From positions 64,001-128,000 of the forward strand of contig CAXXHG010000047.1 of the NCBI GenBank assembly GCA_963666315.2: a stretch of 64,000 nt of DNA, given 5' to 3'. This DNA comes from Candidatus Binatia bacterium. Its GTDB lineage: Bacteria > Desulfobacterota > Binatia > Bin18. Shown here piece after piece: positions 20,419-30,928 of this stretch (positions are counted from its first letter, which is position 1; each line of letters starts with the position of its first letter). Position numbers and translations under genes: made by a program. The notes under the pieces were generated by a model. The model did not search any database, was not told the origin of the DNA, and saw only the letters and a list, made by a program, of their open reading frames with translations.

Positions 20419-21899
20419 TAATCCAAGACCGCAGAGATATAGACCTGCGGATCATACACTTGTTGTGCTGCGGCTTCAGTCACGCTGTATAGGATGCCGG
20501 GAAACAAGCCAATAGCGACAATAAAAAAGACGAGCAATACTATGCCCGGAAACAAGGGTTGGAGCGCCACCGGGCGGCGCTCGCCCTTTTCTTCACCCCA
20601 AAAAATACCGTTCCAAATTTTGAGCATAGAGGCCAATGTCAGCAATCCACCCAGCAGACCAATGCCGACATAGCCGTAGCGGCCGGCCTCCATCCCGGCT
20701 TGCAGCACGATAAACTTGCTAAAGAAGCCGGCCAGAGGTGGCAAGCCGGCCAGGCTGAGTGCAGCCAGCAAGAACAACGCACTGAGAGTCCAGGAATGTG
20801 CCTGTAGACCGCCGACCTCCTTCAAATGGGTGCTGCCTGTCGCTTCCTGAACCACTCCGGCAATCAGGAATAATGCCGATTTGGCCATGACGTAGGGCAC
20901 CATATAGAAGAGCGCTCCAGCCAGGGCGTGGGGAGTAAGCAGGCCGATGCCGAGCATGAGATACCCGATCTGACTGATGATGTGGTAGGACAGAATGCGT
21001 TTCATATCCATTTGTGACAGGGCACCGAAAACGCCAATGAAAATAGTCAGGCCGGCCAGGACCAGTAAGAGTTCGTGGGTAAAGGAGGGCGCATGGCGAA
21101 AGAGCAGGGTGAATGTCCGGAAGATAGCATATACGCCGACCTTGGTCAGAATACCGCCGAAAAACGCGCTCAAGCCTGCCGACGGCTGAAAATACGGACC
21201 GGGCAGCCAAAAAAACAGCGGAAAGATGGCGGCTTTGGTACCAAAGACAAACAGAAACACCATGGCCAGGATGGTCAGCATGGGGTCCAATTCGCCTGAA
21301 GAATTTTGAATCTTGAACGCTAAATCGGCCATATTGAGGGTGCCCATAGTCCGGTAGAGTAGGGCCAGGCCGATAAGAAAAAATGTCGAGGCAACCAAAT
21401 TAATGACTAAATATTTAACAGTCTCACGGAGTTGGCCTGGTTCCGAGCCCAGCGCCAATAGGGCAAAGGAGGCAATGAGTAAGATCTCAAAGAACACAAA
21501 CAGATTGAACAAATCTCCAGTCAGAAACGCACCATTGACACCCATCAGCAGAATAAAAAACAGTGGGTAATAAAAGTGTTCCTGCCGTTCCTTCTCGACC
21601 GTGCGTACTGAGAACAGGATGACTGCGACCGCAACCGTCATGGTCAGGGCGACCATGACCATACTGAGGATATCGGCGACCAGGACGATGCCGTACGGTG
21701 CTGGCCAATTGCCCATGCGCAAGACCACGATCCCGTGCCGCAGCACATACAGTAGCCCTAAGACCGACAGCACCCATAGACCAGCACTGACGGCAAGGCT
21801 CAGCCCGCGCTGCAAGGTGTGCTGCTGACGAAAGGCAGCCAGGAATGCCGCTGTCAGAACGGGACCGATGATGAGGATGACGAAGAGATCCGGCAGCAT
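20415..21899 (-). CDS. mrpD: Mrp antiporter subunit D
   Basis: GAFLTGDLFNLFVFFE, LTKVGVY and ILSYHIISQIGY motifs; highly hydrophobic. Confidence 0.92.
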   Translation of the reverse strand: MLPDLFVILIIGPVLTAAFLAAFRQQHTLQRGLSLAVSAGLWVLSVLGLLYVLRHGIVVLRMGNWPAPYGIVLVADILSMVMVALTMTVAVAVILFSVRTVEKERQEHFYYPLFFILLMGVNGAFLTGDLFNLFVFFEILLIASFALLALGSEPGQLRETVKYLVINLVASTFFLIGLALLYRTMGTLNMADLAFKIQNSSGELDPMLTILAMVFLFVFGTKAAIFPLFFWLPGPYFQPSAGLSAFFGGILTKVGVYAIFRTFTLLFRHAPSFTHELLLVLAGLTIFIGVFGALSQMDMKRILSYHIISQIGYLMLGIGLLTPHALAGALFYMVPYVMAKSALFLIAGVVQEATGSTHLKEVGGLQAHSWTLSALFLLAALSLAGLPPLAGFFSKFIVLQAGMEAGRYGYVGIGLLGGLLTLASMLKIWNGIFWGEEKGERRPVALQPLFPGIVLLVFFIVAIGLFPGILYSVTEAAAQQVYDPQVYISAVLDY

Positions 21900-21902
21900 G
21901 GA

Positions 21903-22235
21903 TTACTCTTCCCCTCCAGCTAACTCATCGACACCGTCCGACCCAAACACCTGTCTGGTGCGAAAGGCTAAGACCATGGCAAACGCGGTCATCCCGAAAC
22001 TGATAACAATCGCAGTTAAAACTAAGGCCTGGGGCAACGGGTCAGCGTATGGCGCGTCTGTCGTCAGCAGCGGCGGTCGGCCGCGCTTGAGGCCGCCTGA
22101 AACCATCAAGGCCAGGTTGGCGGCGTGTGAGTAGAGCGATAAGCCTACGATCACACGTAATAAGTGCCGTTGCAGGATTAAATACGTCCCACTTGCGAAC
22201 AGCACGCCAATAACACCGATGATGACAAATTCCAC
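21903..22235 (-). CDS. mrpC: Mrp antiporter subunit C
   Basis: DPLPQALVLTAIVISF motif. Confidence 0.93.
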   Translation of the reverse strand: MEFVIIGVIGVLFASGTYLILQRHLLRVIVGLSLYSHAANLALMVSGGLKRGRPPLLTTDAPYADPLPQALVLTAIVISFGMTAFAMVLAFRTRQVFGSDGVDELAGGEE

Positions 22236-22238
22236 GCG

Positions 22239-24998
22239 CTAGTCCTCAGTAATTGTGCGAATAATGCCCAGCGTCGTCCCCAGTACGACGAGATACACGC
22301 CGATGTCGAATCCTATGGCGGTGACAATTTCGACCTCGCCTAAAAGCGGGAGTACAAAATGGCCGATTGCGCTGGTCAGAAAAGGGTGGCCGAAGGCCAA
22401 TGCGCCCAAACCGGTAAAGGCCGCCAGCAGCAGCCCTAAGACGACCATCCGCAACGGATTCCACGGCATTTCATGCACAACGGCTTCAAGGTTAAAGGCC
22501 ATCATCTGAAACGTGATAGCAGCCGCGGTGAGCACGCCGGCAATAAACCCACCGCCTGGTGCGTTATGGCCGCGCAGCAACAGATAAATAGCGAATACGA
22601 GCATGAGGTGCAGAGTCAGCCGCGCAAATGACTGCAGGATGGGGGAAGGAAACGAGACAAGAATCGCACCAAAGGGCCGCGCACCTTTTTCTCCGAGTCG
22701 CACCATGGCAAAGACGGCAAAGACAGCCACGCTGAAGACGGTAATCTCGCCCATGGTGTCAAAGCCACGAAAATCGACCAAGATGACATTCACCACATTC
22801 TGTCCGCCTGCCAGCGCATAGCTATTCGAGAGGTAGTAGGGCGCAATGAGCGAGGGTAGGGATGGACCCATATTGGCGGCACACAGCAGGAGGACAACCA
22901 GCAGGCCGGTCCCGACACTGATCCCAATATTCAACACCCGCGTGCCTAGTGGGGTTGGTCGCGGGTCGATCACAGAAAAATAGCGCAGCACTAGGAGAAA
23001 GAGCACTAAGCTAACTGCTTCGACCAAGATTTGGGTCAGCGCCACGTCTGGTGCGCTAAACAACACAAAGAAAATGGACATAAGAGCGCCGACTAGGCTG
23101 AGCGAGAGGACCAGGACAATGCGCGAATAGACGGTACAGCTCATAATCCCGGCGAAAGCCATGAGTGCGGCAAGGCCGATCTCATAGTATTCGGGCGGAA
23201 CTATGTCCAGTCGAAGTGCGGCAATATCGGTGAAATCGATGCCGTCGAAGAAGTGCCACAGTGGAACACTCAGCCCCATGATGAGTGCAATCAGGAGGTA
23301 GCGTGTATAGTCGGTGACGAGGCCGGTCATGTAGTGCGCGCGCGTCCACTTAAACACATAGCTCAACATATCCAGGCCGTCGTTATACAGACGATTGAAA
23401 GAATAAACCGCCTGACGGTCTCGAGCTGCAGAAAGAAAACGCTGCCGCAACAAAAAAGCCCCGGCGCCAATGCCGACCGTAAGCGCACTCAGGCCCAGCG
23501 CCGGGGTCAGGCCATGCCACACGGCCAAGTGGAGATGCGGGGGAGCGCCGTGAATGATGGTGAAGGCTGGCGTAATCAGGGCTTGTGCCAAACCGGGTAT
23601 AAGCCCAAACAAAACGGCAATCCCGCTGAGGATAAAGATCGGCAAGAGCAAACCCAACGGGGTTGCTCCGGTGTGGCGCTGAGCGTGTTGCTGAGACGCA
23701 GCGCCAGACTGGCCGAAGAAGGTGCCGTGAAAGAAAAGAAAGGAATACAAAAAGGTGAGGCAACTCGCCGCGACCGCCAGGACGGTCAACACTGTTCCCG
23801 CTTCAAGGACGCCCTCATAGAATAATTCCTTGCTGATAAAGCCTCCCAGGGGTGGCAGGCCGGCCATGGACACCGCTGCCAATGTTGCGGCGCCGGCCAC
23901 CAAGGGCATATGCATCCGGAGGCCGCCGAGCTGACGCAGGTCTCGTGTCCCGGTTTCGTGCTCGACTGTCCCCGCTGTCAAAAACAGGGCGCCTTTAAAA
24001 GCGGCATGGTTCACAATGTTGAGTACCGCCGCCAGCAGGGCAATCTCAGTCTGCAGACCGAGCAGCAGCACGATCAGTCCCAATTGACTGACGGTTGAAT
24101 AGGCAAGCAGAGCCTTGAGATCGACCTGTTTGCAGGCCAAAACTCCTCCCCAGGCAAGAGTCACTGCTCCTACACTGATGACGGTGGCAGACCAGACCGG
24201 ATCGTTCGCAAAAAGCGGGGTGAGTCGGGCAATGAGATACAGGCCGGCTTTGACCATAGTAGCCGCATGCAGATACGCGCTGACTGGAGTCGGGGCTTCC
24301 ATGGCGGAGGGCAGCCAAATATGGAAGGGAAACTGAGCTGATTTGGTGAACGCGCCGACCAGAAAACACAGTCCGGCTGCAGTGGAAATCGGAGCTGAAT
24401 CAGCCAGTAAGACGGACAGCTCAAGGGTCCCGTGTTCGGCATATACGAGGAAAACACCGAACATCATCACCAGGCCGCCACTCACCGTGATCCCGAAAGC
24501 CTTACTCGCCCCCTCGCAGGCGGCAGCTCGTTGAGAGCGAAAACCGATCAGCAGAAAAGAAGAGATGCTGGTTAATTCCCAGAAGACGATGAGGAGAATG
24601 AGGTTGTCGGCCAGAACAATGCCCATCATAGCGGCGTTGAACAAGAGCAAGAGCCTGTACAAGCGCGGCAGGGTGGGATCATCGTGCATATAGGCCGCAG
24701 CATAGGCGAATACGAGTACGCCTATGCCCGAAATCAAGCCGGCAAACAGCCAACTCAGACCATCCAAGGCCAGGCTCAGATTGAGTCCTAAGCCGGGTAG
24801 CCAAGGCCACGAGAGCAGCAGTCGATTGCCCTCTTGGACCGTCGTCCAAAGAGCTACGACAATGAGCAGTTGGAGTATCGGGACGAGCGTATAGACCGGA
24901 GCGATACGCTGACGTAGACGTGCCGGCAATGAAACGAGCGAGCCTAATAAGGGGAAGAGAATAAGGCTGACGAGTAGAAACCCAGACACTACACCCAC
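22239..24998 (-). CDS. mrpA: Mrp antiporter fused subunit A/B
   Basis: [28 protein letters not shown] and [12 protein letters not shown] motifs, plus the C-terminal MrpB motif [13 protein letters not shown]. Confidence 0.93.
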   Translation of the reverse strand: MGVVSGFLLVSLILFPLLGSLVSLPARLRQRIAPVYTLVPILQLLIVVALWTTVQEGNRLLLSWPWLPGLGLNLSLALDGLSWLFAGLISGIGVLVFAYAAAYMHDDPTLPRLYRLLLLFNAAMMGIVLADNLILLIVFWELTSISSFLLIGFRSQRAAACEGASKAFGITVSGGLVMMFGVFLVYAEHGTLELSVLLADSAPISTAAGLCFLVGAFTKSAQFPFHIWLPSAMEAPTPVSAYLHAATMVKAGLYLIARLTPLFANDPVWSATVISVGAVTLAWGGVLACKQVDLKALLAYSTVSQLGLIVLLLGLQTEIALLAAVLNIVNHAAFKGALFLTAGTVEHETGTRDLRQLGGLRMHMPLVAGAATLAAVSMAGLPPLGGFISKELFYEGVLEAGTVLTVLAVAASCLTFLYSFLFFHGTFFGQSGAASQQHAQRHTGATPLGLLLPIFILSGIAVLFGLIPGLAQALITPAFTIIHGAPPHLHLAVWHGLTPALGLSALTVGIGAGAFLLRQRFLSAARDRQAVYSFNRLYNDGLDMLSYVFKWTRAHYMTGLVTDYTRYLLIALIMGLSVPLWHFFDGIDFTDIAALRLDIVPPEYYEIGLAALMAFAGIMSCTVYSRIVLVLSLSLVGALMSIFFVLFSAPDVALTQILVEAVSLVLFLLVLRYFSVIDPRPTPLGTRVLNIGISVGTGLLVVLLLCAANMGPSLPSLIAPYYLSNSYALAGGQNVVNVILVDFRGFDTMGEITVFSVAVFAVFAMVRLGEKGARPFGAILVSFPSPILQSFARLTLHLMLVFAIYLLLRGHNAPGGGFIAGVLTAAAITFQMMAFNLEAVVHEMPWNPLRMVVLGLLLAAFTGLGALAFGHPFLTSAIGHFVLPLLGEVEIVTAIGFDIGVYLVVLGTTLGIIRTITED

Positions 24999-25250
24999 AC
25001 CTTCATAAGTACGGATTGCAAAACGGACTTAGCAAGGGCATACGAGGCTCTTCACCTCGCGTAAACTGGAGGGCGAACATAGCTTGCCTCCTCTTGCGTG
25101 TCTAACCCGTCTGCACTAACCAAGCTGTTTGTCATGGGTATCCCATAGTTCATGGATTTTCACTCCTTATCGATTACATTGACAGCTCAAACTTTCACGC
25201 TGGTACCACAACCTTGGGCCGATTCTCTGCAGTAAACAGGAGGTATTGAA

Positions 25251-26096
25251 ATGACCGATCGAACACGCATCGCCAGCTACGGCGAAAACGAGAGCGTCCT
25301 CGTCGACGAAGTGAACGGAAGCAATGGGCTTTTCGTCGTGACGATGAACAATCCACACGAGTTCAACGTACTCACCAGTGGGTTTATGCGTGCGATTGCT
25401 GAAGCCTTTGACGAAATCACTGCCTTGCGCAATTCTGATCCTAATAACGATAAAGTACGCGCTGTGATATTGCGTGCCGAGGGCCGTGCGTTCACCGTTG
25501 GTCTCGATATCGGTAAGCTCGATGAGTATCTGGAAGCGGGCATCACTCCCGCCGGCGATCCGTTTCGGGCGATGTGGGAGTGCCCCTTTCCGATCATTGG
25601 TGCGATCAACGGCCCGGCGGTGACGGGTGGTTTCGAAATCGCATTATGTTGCGATGTCCTTCTTGCCTCAGAACGTGCGGTCTTTATGGACAATCACGCC
25701 AAATACGGCGTACACCCTGGACGTCGCATTTCGCAGCGACTTACCCAGGTCTGCGGTATGAACAACGCCAAGCTTGCAACAATGGCGGCATATCCGATCG
25801 ACGCCCAGCTCGCTTTCAACTGGGGGCTGGTGCAACGTGTATTCGCAACCAACGAAGAACTTGATCGCGAGAGCCTGAATATCGCGCGTCTCATGTCACA
25901 CAACCACCCGGTGATGGTGAAACGCTATAAGGACTTGCTCGAACGCGGGGCGCTCGACAGCTACCGGACCGGCTTGGCATTGGAAGAAAGTTCAGAGCAG
26001 ACCTACTACGGCGACCTCACCGACATGGCGGCGACACTCAAGGACGGAGCGAAAAAATTTCAGGCCATGGTTCGTTGGGTCGCTGAGCGCGATTAG
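25251..26096 (+). CDS. Enoyl-CoA hydratase/isomerase family protein
   Basis: RAFTVGLDI and PIIGAINGPAVTGGFEIALCCD motifs; CAGGAGG RBS. Confidence 0.88.
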   Translation: MTDRTRIASYGENESVLVDEVNGSNGLFVVTMNNPHEFNVLTSGFMRAIAEAFDEITALRNSDPNNDKVRAVILRAEGRAFTVGLDIGKLDEYLEAGITPAGDPFRAMWECPFPIIGAINGPAVTGGFEIALCCDVLLASERAVFMDNHAKYGVHPGRRISQRLTQVCGMNNAKLATMAAYPIDAQLAFNWGLVQRVFATNEELDRESLNIARLMSHNHPVMVKRYKDLLERGALDSYRTGLALEESSEQTYYGDLTDMAATLKDGAKKFQAMVRWVAERD

Positions 26097-26135
26097 TGGA
26101 ATCTGACGTCGAATGGATTGGGTTCTGACTGTCAT

Positions 26136-27002
26136 TTATTGAACACTGAGCATCCACTGCACTGACTTTTTGATAATTTCTGGAAATTGTTTCTTATCAA
26201 TCTTTCCCCATCTACCATGTCCAGGAAAACCCATTCTACATCTTGAAAACTTCCATCTTTTGAACGGATTCTATTTGTCTTTCCCATGAATACCAACACG
26301 CATTCCTAAATGAACCAAATCGATTGAGATTTGAAACCCAGGCAAAGTGATCTCCTGTAAACAAATACTTTGCGTCCCAGAGTAATACGAAATGTCCAAG
26401 CGTATGCCCTGGTGTGAAATGGATTTCACCCAATTCAATCCGATGAGCCTCCTCGCCTTTAAGAATCACCTCTGCATCTTTCTGAACATCCGAGTCTCGT
26501 TCATGAATAATTCTCTTTGCACCGAAGTGTTGGGCATACGGCTGGGCATCGCAAGCATCATCCCTATGCGTCAAAAAAATATATTGAATCCCTCCCATCT
26601 CCTCAAAACTTTTGACCAGTGCCGAGACAAAGCGTGGAGAATCAATTAACCAATTTCCTGAATGAGATTGGATGAAGTAGCTATGAGCGCCATAGGAATT
26701 TCGGTGATTAAAACCATTGATGTACACATTTTTTGCCATCAGCATGGGAAAGGAATTTCTCGCCGAGGTTAAGTCTTTTTTTCTCCCATGCCAATTGAAG
26801 CCGTAGGACAAGCCAGCAGCGCTTGTTTTGCAGCGAACTCATCTTTTGCATTTTGAGGCTGTTTCTTGACAAAGGCATGAGTCCCGCTGTCTCCAAAGAT
26901 CTCAGGAGCATAATGTCGACTCACTCCGCAATTAATGCAGGAGGTATCCACAAAAAAAATTCCTTCCACATTTTCTGATAGAGCTTTCTTGAGATTTGCC
27001 AT
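26136..27002 (-). pseudogene. Ferredoxin-MBL-fold hydrolase fusion, AT-rich, three frameshifts
   Basis: N-terminal CINCG..CP; then THRDD, TPGHTLGH and FTGDH. One-base deletion in the A-run at about 26776-26782 and two more near 26225-26245; correcting them restores DVEWVFPGHGR and a stop at 26136. Confidence 0.8.
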
Positions 27003-27108
27003 TTCTACCTCGGCGGAGTCTTTTTTTAATTTTGCTACCGTCTATGGTTTTCAGCTATGTCACAGAATTCTCATCATACTGCTAATCCATCTAAAAAGGG
27101 ACATTGGA

Positions 27109-27485
27109 CTAGGCGTAATCATTTCTCTCTTCCGGCGCCTCGGTAAGATATTCGACCAGCTCCCACTCAAAGCCGGCTGCATCATAATAATAGACGCGTT
27201 TGCGATGGGGGTGCGGTTCGACAGGAATACCTTTCTGATATCCTTTCTGTTCTAATCGCTCCGTGACCAGGTCAAAATCTTCAACCACCCAAGCCAGATG
27301 GGTTACGCCGTAGTCTTTGTACGGGCGATGGTCTGATTGCGCGTTTGCGCCCAGGTGAGGCTCCTGCAGGGCGATATAAAACTGATCTGAACCAATATGG
27401 GCCCAGCGGTAACTGCCCGGCGGCGTTTCGTCATGCCGCACCCTAAAAGTCGGCTCGACCGTTGTGAGAAAAGCAATCGCTGCTA
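27109..27485 (-). pseudogene. VOC/glyoxalase family gene, 5'-truncated
   Basis: RWAHIGSDQFYIAL, THLAWVVED and YYDAAGFEWELVEY motifs. The N-terminal His strand and start codon are missing; it abuts the divergent regulator. Confidence 0.72.
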
Positions 27486-27495
27486 TAGTTTGCCC

Positions 27496-27795
27496 ATGGC
27501 ATCGAATACTAACGAGCACATTCTCTTTCGCTTGAAGACCTGCGGACCGCAGACAGCAGAAGCGCTGGCCCAGCATCTCGAAATGACTCAGGTGGGAGCC
27601 CGTCAGCATTTGAATAAGCTGGCTGAACGCGCCTTAGTGACCTACCAGGACGCACGCGAGAACGTTGGCGGGCCAAAGCGCTATTGGTCGATTTCAGAGC
27701 ACGGTCAGAAGCGCTTTCCTGACACGCATGCCCAACTCACGCTAGAATTGATTCACTCAATTCGATCGGTGTTTGACGAGGAGGGTCTTGAGCGA
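27496..27795 (+). pseudogene. SufR/ArsR-like winged-HTH regulator, 3'-truncated
   Basis: ILFRLKTCGPQTAEALAQHLEMTQVGARQHL...GPKRYW...RFPDTHAQLT; ends after about 100 aa, without the C-terminal Cys-containing domain. Confidence 0.75.
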
Positions 27796-27919
27796 TGCGG
27801 CGGGGGGCGGGAACTACCAGAATCTCATCAATGAGGCCCTCGTGGATCGTATCAAACAGAAATCGGTGCTTGACGCGGTAAGGAAAGTCGTTCGGGTGGA
27901 ATTACATCAGAGTGTGTAG
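27794..27919 (+). pseudogene. BrnA-type antitoxin C-terminal fragment
   Basis: Manual translation DAAGGGNYQNLINEALVDRIKQKSVLDAVRKVVRVELHQSV*, carrying the recalled G.YQ.LIN.AL signature. No start codon. Confidence 0.65.
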
Positions 27920-27938
27920 GGGCGAGGTGTCCTCGCCC
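27916..27938 (+). repeat. GTAG REP-like palindrome
   Basis: GTAGGGGCGAGGTGTCCTCGCCC; same family as 4915 and 5155. Confidence 0.7.
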
Positions 27939-27958
27939 AGGTGTATGCAATACTCGTA

Positions 27959-30322
27959 TTACCTGGCATTCTCCGCCTCCCGCACCAGCCGAAACAATTT
28001 ATCCGGTGTGATCGGAATTTCGTTGATCTCAATTCCCAAGTGAGACAGCGCATCGGAGACGGCATTGGCGATTGCCGCAGGTGCGCCGATGGTGCCGCCT
28101 TCGCCCATGCCGCGAAAGCCGCCGAGCGTTGTGGGCGACGGCGTTTCAATATGATGCACTTCTATGGGCAGGAGTTCTGAGGCGGTTGGGACGAGGTAGT
28201 CTACCAGTGAGCCGGTCAGGAGTTGGCCTTGTTCGTCGTAGACGACTTCTTCGTACAGCGCCGCGCCGATGCCTTGGGCTACGCCGCCGCGGACCTGGCC
28301 GTCAACAATCAGCGGATTAATAATCCGTCCGCAGTCTTCGACAACGATGTAACGCTGGATTTTTACCGCATAGGTCTCTTTATCCACCTCGACGACGGTA
28401 ACATGTGTGGCGCTGGATGCCGTCCCGAAAAATGGATCGTAGAACCGCGTGACCTCTAGCCCGGGCTCCATATCTTCAGGCAGACGTCGGAGACCGGCGT
28501 AGGCCGTCTTAGCCACCTCACGAAAGGGAAGAGTGCGCTCCGGCTTGTCACACACGAAGACCAGACTGTCTTGCATATCGAGATCGGCCGGGTTGCTTTC
28601 CATCATATGGCCGGCGATTTTGAGCGCTTTCTCCTTGAGCGCCTGGCCCGCGCGTATAGCCGCTCCACCGGCCAACACCGCACTCCGGCTGGCATACGTT
28701 CCTGTGCCGTGGGGGGCGAGAGCCGTGTCCCCACAGATGACGCGCACGTCGTCCAAAGAAACGCCCAGCGCATCCGCGACAACCTGTGCCAAGGCGGTTT
28801 CATGCCCCTGGCCTTGGGGAGCAACGCTGAACGCTGCAGTCACGGTTCCTGACGGATCGACGCGAAGGAAAGCCGCCTCAGTGCCGGTAGAGATGGGCAT
28901 GCCGGGTGAGACGGGAATGGCTGAACCCACACCGGTAAGTTCAATATAGGTCGCAAATCCTATCCCGACCCAGCGACCCTCCGCTCGCGCTTGAATGCGC
29001 CATTGTTTCGTCGTGTAATAATCCAATACTTCCCGCGCTTTTTGCATGCACTCGGTCAGGCTGGCCTGATCCCACACCAGGCCGGACGGTGTTTTGTACG
29101 GGAATTCGTCGGCTTGGATATAATTCTTGAGCCGCAACTCGGCAGCGTCCATATTGAGTTTCCGGGCCGCCCGGTCCATGAGTCCTTCCAGCACGAATGT
29201 CGTGATCGGACGCCCCACGCCACGGTACGGCCCCATGGGTGCTTTACACGTCGCGACTCCTCGATTGCGTCCTCGGTAGTGTGGCATGCGGTACGGGCCC
29301 GACAGAAAGCTAATGGTCTGAATGGGCTCAACCGTCGCCGTCCAGGGATAAATTGAGTAAGCGCCGATATCTGTTGTGACGTCTGCTCTGAGTCCGACAA
29401 TTGTCCCGTCAGCCTGCAGGCCGAGTTCGGCATCAACGACCTCATCCCACGCCTGGGTCGTGGTCATGAGATCTTCGCGTCGGTCGCTGATCCATTTTAT
29501 TGGCCGTTCAAGCCGTCTTGTGACCGCACACAGGGTGATCTCTTCAGGATAGAGGGATGATTTTGCTCCAAAGCCGCCACCCACGTCGGCGGCCACAACA
29601 CGAATACAATGCTCGGGCATATCCAACAGGTCGGCCAAGGCATCTCGGAGCAAGCCTGGACATTGGGTAGCAGAGCGCAGCGTCAGCTCACTCGTGCCGG
29701 TATTGTAGTCGGCTAAGCAGCCCCGATTTTCCATACACACTGCGGCGTGCCGACGGAAGCGAAAGCGCGCGCGGACACGCACCGCCGCCGCCTCTACCGC
29801 TGCATCCACATCGCCTCGGGCAAATTCGCGAGACAAGAGGACGTTGCTGCCTGCGTCTTCATGCAAAACTGGTGCTTCGGGCCGGCTTGCTTCCTCCGCA
29901 TCAGCGACTGCGGGGAGAGGATCATACTCAACAACGATATGCTCTAGCGCATCTTCAGCCAGGTAGCGGCTCTCGGCCACGACGACTGCTACGGCCTCGC
30001 CGACGTGTCTCACCTTATCAATGGCCAGCGGCGGAAAACCGGTCTCTTTATATTCGCGCATCTTTGACGCCGCGCGAACCGGCTTGACCCAGCGCGCAAG
30101 TTCTTTGCCAGTGACCACGGCCACCACGCCCTCCAACGTTTGGGCTGCAGCTGGATCGAGCTGTGTGATACGTGCATGGGCACACGGGCTACGGAGAAAG
30201 GCCGCGTGGAGCATGCCCGGCGGATGATGATCGTCCACATACGCGCCCTGACCGGTCAGGAGGCGCCGGTCCTCCCTGCGTTTGACGCGCGCACCGACTA
30301 TCTTTGGCGTAAACTCTTCCAC
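27959..30322 (-). CDS. Xanthine dehydrogenase family Mo subunit (CoxL/CutL-like)
   Basis: VKRREDRRLLTGQG, DVGGGFGAK, PYRGVGRP and GMGEGG motifs; third gene of an M-S-L operon. Confidence 0.92.
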   Translation of the reverse strand: MEEFTPKIVGARVKRREDRRLLTGQGAYVDDHHPPGMLHAAFLRSPCAHARITQLDPAAAQTLEGVVAVVTGKELARWVKPVRAASKMREYKETGFPPLAIDKVRHVGEAVAVVVAESRYLAEDALEHIVVEYDPLPAVADAEEASRPEAPVLHEDAGSNVLLSREFARGDVDAAVEAAAVRVRARFRFRRHAAVCMENRGCLADYNTGTSELTLRSATQCPGLLRDALADLLDMPEHCIRVVAADVGGGFGAKSSLYPEEITLCAVTRRLERPIKWISDRREDLMTTTQAWDEVVDAELGLQADGTIVGLRADVTTDIGAYSIYPWTATVEPIQTISFLSGPYRMPHYRGRNRGVATCKAPMGPYRGVGRPITTFVLEGLMDRAARKLNMDAAELRLKNYIQADEFPYKTPSGLVWDQASLTECMQKAREVLDYYTTKQWRIQARAEGRWVGIGFATYIELTGVGSAIPVSPGMPISTGTEAAFLRVDPSGTVTAAFSVAPQGQGHETALAQVVADALGVSLDDVRVICGDTALAPHGTGTYASRSAVLAGGAAIRAGQALKEKALKIAGHMMESNPADLDMQDSLVFVCDKPERTLPFREVAKTAYAGLRRLPEDMEPGLEVTRFYDPFFGTASSATHVTVVEVDKETYAVKIQRYIVVEDCGRIINPLIVDGQVRGGVAQGIGAALYEEVVYDEQGQLLTGSLVDYLVPTASELLPIEVHHIETPSPTTLGGFRGMGEGGTIGAPAAIANAVSDALSHLGIEINEIPITPDKLFRLVREAENAR

Positions 30323-30363
30323 CCTACTTCCTCAGTCCCAGAAATCCGCCCCGTACCAATAAA

Positions 30364-30420
30364 TCCCCTCTCGGGAGGGGTGGCGCGCCCGACCGGAGGT
30401 CGGCGGCCGGGGTGGGTTTC
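30364..30420. repeat. CCCCTC..GAGGGG repeat inside the M-S-L operon
   Basis: TCCCCTCTCGGGAGGGGTGGCG...GGTCGGCGGCCGGGGTGGGTT; similar to 5003-5110 and 50989-51030. Confidence 0.65.
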
Positions 30421-30436
30421 TTATCTTGACCCATGC

Positions 30437-30928
30437 TCACCGACCATCCCCACGAGCCCTGAGTTTCTCCGCCGCCGCCTGAATAGCCTGGACTATCCCC
30501 TGATAGCCGGTACAGCGACACAGAACCGCGGATACGCCTGCGCGAATTTCTTCCTCGCTTGGTGTCGGGTTTGTTTGGAGTAGATCGTAGGCTGCCATCA
30601 GCATCCCTGGCGTGCAAAAGCCACACTGGAGTCCGTGGTGTTCCCAAAAGGCTGCTTGGAGTGGATGGAGCTTGCCATCTTCAGCAAGCCCCTCAACCGT
30701 CATCAACTCAGCCCCATTCGCCTGGACCGCCAGCATTAAGCACGAGCGAGCGGATTCACCGTTGACGAGAATAGTACACGCTCCGCAGATGCCATGTTCA
30801 CAGCCCACGTGTGAGCCAGTCAGACCCAGATCTTCACGCAGAAAATCAACCAGCAGTTTGCGCGGTTCAACCTGTCCGCTGTGCACCGTACCGTTGATCG
30901 TAAGCGTGATCTGTCTTCTCTCGCTCAT
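30437..30928 (-). CDS. (2Fe-2S)-binding subunit (CoxS/CutS-like)
   Basis: GCEHGICGACT, QCGFCTPG and CRCTGY motifs. Confidence 0.95.
   Translation of the reverse strand: MSERRQITLTINGTVHSGQVEPRKLLVDFLREDLGLTGSHVGCEHGICGACTILVNGESARSCLMLAVQANGAELMTVEGLAEDGKLHPLQAAFWEHHGLQCGFCTPGMLMAAYDLLQTNPTPSEEEIRAGVSAVLCRCTGYQGIVQAIQAAAEKLRARGDGR

Noticed and set aside
19309-24998. Mrp A-B fusion as a novelty
   Set aside because: Standard group 2 Mrp operon organisation.
27959-30322. Aerobic CO dehydrogenase CoxL
   Set aside because: Lacks the Cu-binding AYXCSFR motif.
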